Source: the human T2T-CHM13v2.0 reference genome, Homo sapiens. Taken from it: 64,000 nt of DNA. Below the pieces are notes generated by a model. That model searched no databases and was not told the DNA's origin. It worked only from the letters and a program-made list of their open reading frames with translations. Position numbers and translations under genes: made by a program. The stretch is from the NCBI RefSeq assembly GCF_009914755.1, contig NC_060933.1, one strand, 5' to 3'. Positions 62,270-64,000 of this stretch are shown piece after piece. How positions within the stretch are numbered: position 1 is the first letter of the stretch; every line of letters begins with the position of its first letter.

Positions 62270-63341
62270 CTGCGGTGCAGGGGACAGGGGCCTGGTGCTG
62301 GGGGAGGGCAGGGGAGCCCTTCCCTCCCCATGCCGGGTCCCTGGGAGTCCTGGCTCTGTCCACCCCTGTGGGAGCATTCATCCCACCCTCCCTCTACACC
62401 CGGGCAGCAGCACCCACCATGCCAGGTACAGGCCCCACAGAAGCACCACCAGCTGCAGCGCCAGGTAGACCACAAAGAGTGGGTGGTTGCGCTCTCCCAC
62501 ACAGTTCTCCATCCAGGGGCAGTGGTGGTCGTAGCGGCGGACGCAACGGCGGCACTCACGGCAGTGCCGAGCCCTCAGGGGCTGCTGTGGGCATGGAGGA
62601 GAGTGGAGGCTCAGTGCCAGCCCTGCTGTGGGCCCACCACTGAGGGAAGGAATCAGGGCCTGATTCTGGAAGGCCTTCTTGGAGGAGGGGCGAGGCCCAG
62701 GCAGTGGGGCAGGAGGAGGTCGAGGAGTCTCAGCTTTGGCCCAACCTCTCCCACGGGTGTCCGTGCATCACTCACCAGCACCAGGCAGTATCTGCAGCGC
62801 CGAAGAGGGATGGCTGGAGGAACCATGGCTGTCTGCTCCTCTTTGAGCTCCTCCTGGAATGAGGGGTGGGGTGTAAGACAGGGTCCCCTTGGGAGACAGA
62901 TGGCATTGGCGGGCAGCTCCCCTAGGGGCCGGCTTAGCTCTGGGTATGGAGTTTGGGACCCATCCCATGCAGAATGGAGGTGTGGGGTATGGCGGAGCAC
63001 CCTGGACTGAGGGCGGCTGTGTATGTTTGCAAGTCTCTTCCTTCTCTGGGGCCCAGCAGTTTCCTCACTACTGTAGATGGGGCTCTAGGGGTGGCAAGAG
63101 GAGTCACTGAACTGCTCCCACAAGAGCCTGCAGCACAGAGCCTGGCATGGAGACTGGTGCTGGTTGTTAGGTCCCTGTTGGTGAGAGTAGGGGCCCCTGG
63201 TTACCTGAGGCTGGGGCTGCACATTCACGTAGCCAGGGTCCATGAGTGACACAGCGAGGTAGAGCAGCAGGGAGCCCAGCACCAGGAGCAGGAAGGTGAG
63301 GGGCAGGAGCAGCTCCCCCTGCTCCTCCCATTGCCGCAGCT
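61948..63341 (-). CDS. ZDHHC12: Palmitoyltransferase ZDHHC12, coding exons 2-5 (exon 1 outside window)
   Basis: Exons 63341-63205, 62853-62776, 62584-62418, 62269-61948; DPG, CRYC...[28 protein letters not shown] and NPFDRG motifs. Confidence 0.96.
62418..62584 (-). CDS. ZDHHC12: ZDHHC12 exon 4 (DHHC motif)
   Basis: [24 protein letters not shown]... Confidence 0.96.
62776..62853 (-). CDS. ZDHHC12: ZDHHC12 exon 3
   Basis: [26 protein letters not shown]; AG/GT. Confidence 0.95.
63205..63341 (-). CDS. ZDHHC12: ZDHHC12 exon 2
   Basis: [46 protein letters not shown]. Confidence 0.95.
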
Positions 63342-63379
63342 CTGGAGAGGCCGGAGAGCACAGTGAGGCTGGGCCGGGT

Positions 63380-63830
63380 AGAACAGGAGTGGGTGGGGTT
63401 GGGGTGCAGTTGGAGGTGGGGAAGTGTGTTCCTGGCTGAGCAAAGGCCTGGAGATGTTGGTTCCATGAGTGGCTGTGTGTGGCCAGCAGTTCATCTGCAC
63501 TTTTATCTGGAGGGTCAGAGGGAACCATGGAAGGTTATAGAGCCAGATCTGTTTTGGAAAACCTCATTGCTAAAGAAATGGATCAGGGGAAGCCTGGGGG
63601 CAGAGAATCTGGCCAGGAGGAAGAAGAGAGTCGCTACAAAGGCCTGGCAGGAAGTGAGGGAGGAAGGAATGGACAGGGGGCTGCTGGGTCAAGGGAGCCA
63701 GACCTGACTGGATGTGGGAGAGAGGGAAGAGGGGTCCAGCGTCTCTGGCTCTGCAATGGTGAGAGACTGGTTAGGTCTGAAATGCCTGAGAGAGATACAG
63801 TGGGAAGGGTGCAGCTGGCAGGCTCAGATG
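63380..63830 (-). mobile_element. Diverged L2 fragment in ZDHHC12 intron 1
   Basis: L2-like landmarks on +: GCAAAGGCCTGGAG, CTTTTATC...GGAACCATGGAAGGTT, TGGATGTGGGAGAGAGGGA, TGAAATGCCTG. Confidence 0.55.
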
Positions 63831-64000
63831 CTGCAGAGGGGCATACGGAAGGGTCCAGCAGGCTTCAGCCCAGGGAGGTGACAGGATTTTGGGGAGGTAG
63901 GGTGCAGGGCAAGGAGTGAGGGGGCATGAGACCACCAGACAGCAGAGTGTAGACAAATCCCGTGTCCCTTGGTTGTAAGGGGGAGCAGAGAAGAAAGGGT

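Noticed and set aside
62204-63010. 268-aa plus-strand ORF
   Set aside because: Antisense to ZDHHC12 exons in GC-rich DNA; no recognisable domain or promoter

Overview
Human (primate) genomic DNA, recognisable as the 9q34.11 SET-PKN3-ZDHHC12 locus. Bases 1-24000 are an extremely Alu-dense intergenic stretch with old L1/MIR remnants and a minus-strand HMGA1 3'UTR retrocopy fragment. SET (TAF-I/I2PP2A, + strand) has four phase-1 alternative first coding exons (24635, 25907, 30320, 30724) spliced to seven common exons (31907-35404) and a 3'UTR to about 37130. The beta form reconstructs to 277 aa and the alpha form to 290 aa. PKN3 (+ strand) has 22 coding exons (43678-61373) that reconstruct to 889 aa. 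ZDHHC12 (- strand) contributes coding exons 2-5 (63341-61948); its exon 1 lies beyond the right edge. Most ORFs in the supplied track are Alu or CpG-island artefacts. The most notable unexplained signals are: (1) a hairpin cluster with alternative acceptors in SET intron 7; (2) a cryptic PKN3 first exon (MEHRE) resembling the rodent N-terminus; (3) a candidate 30-nt PKN3 microexon; (4) one AT-rich element apparently serving as poly(A) signal for both convergent genes; (5) a sharp Alu polarity switch in PKN3 intron 6; (6) a SOX-OCT composite at the SET-alpha promoter; (7) an isolated RFX X-box. Gene and repeat identities are from recall of known sequences, not from database searches. Repeat boundaries are approximate.
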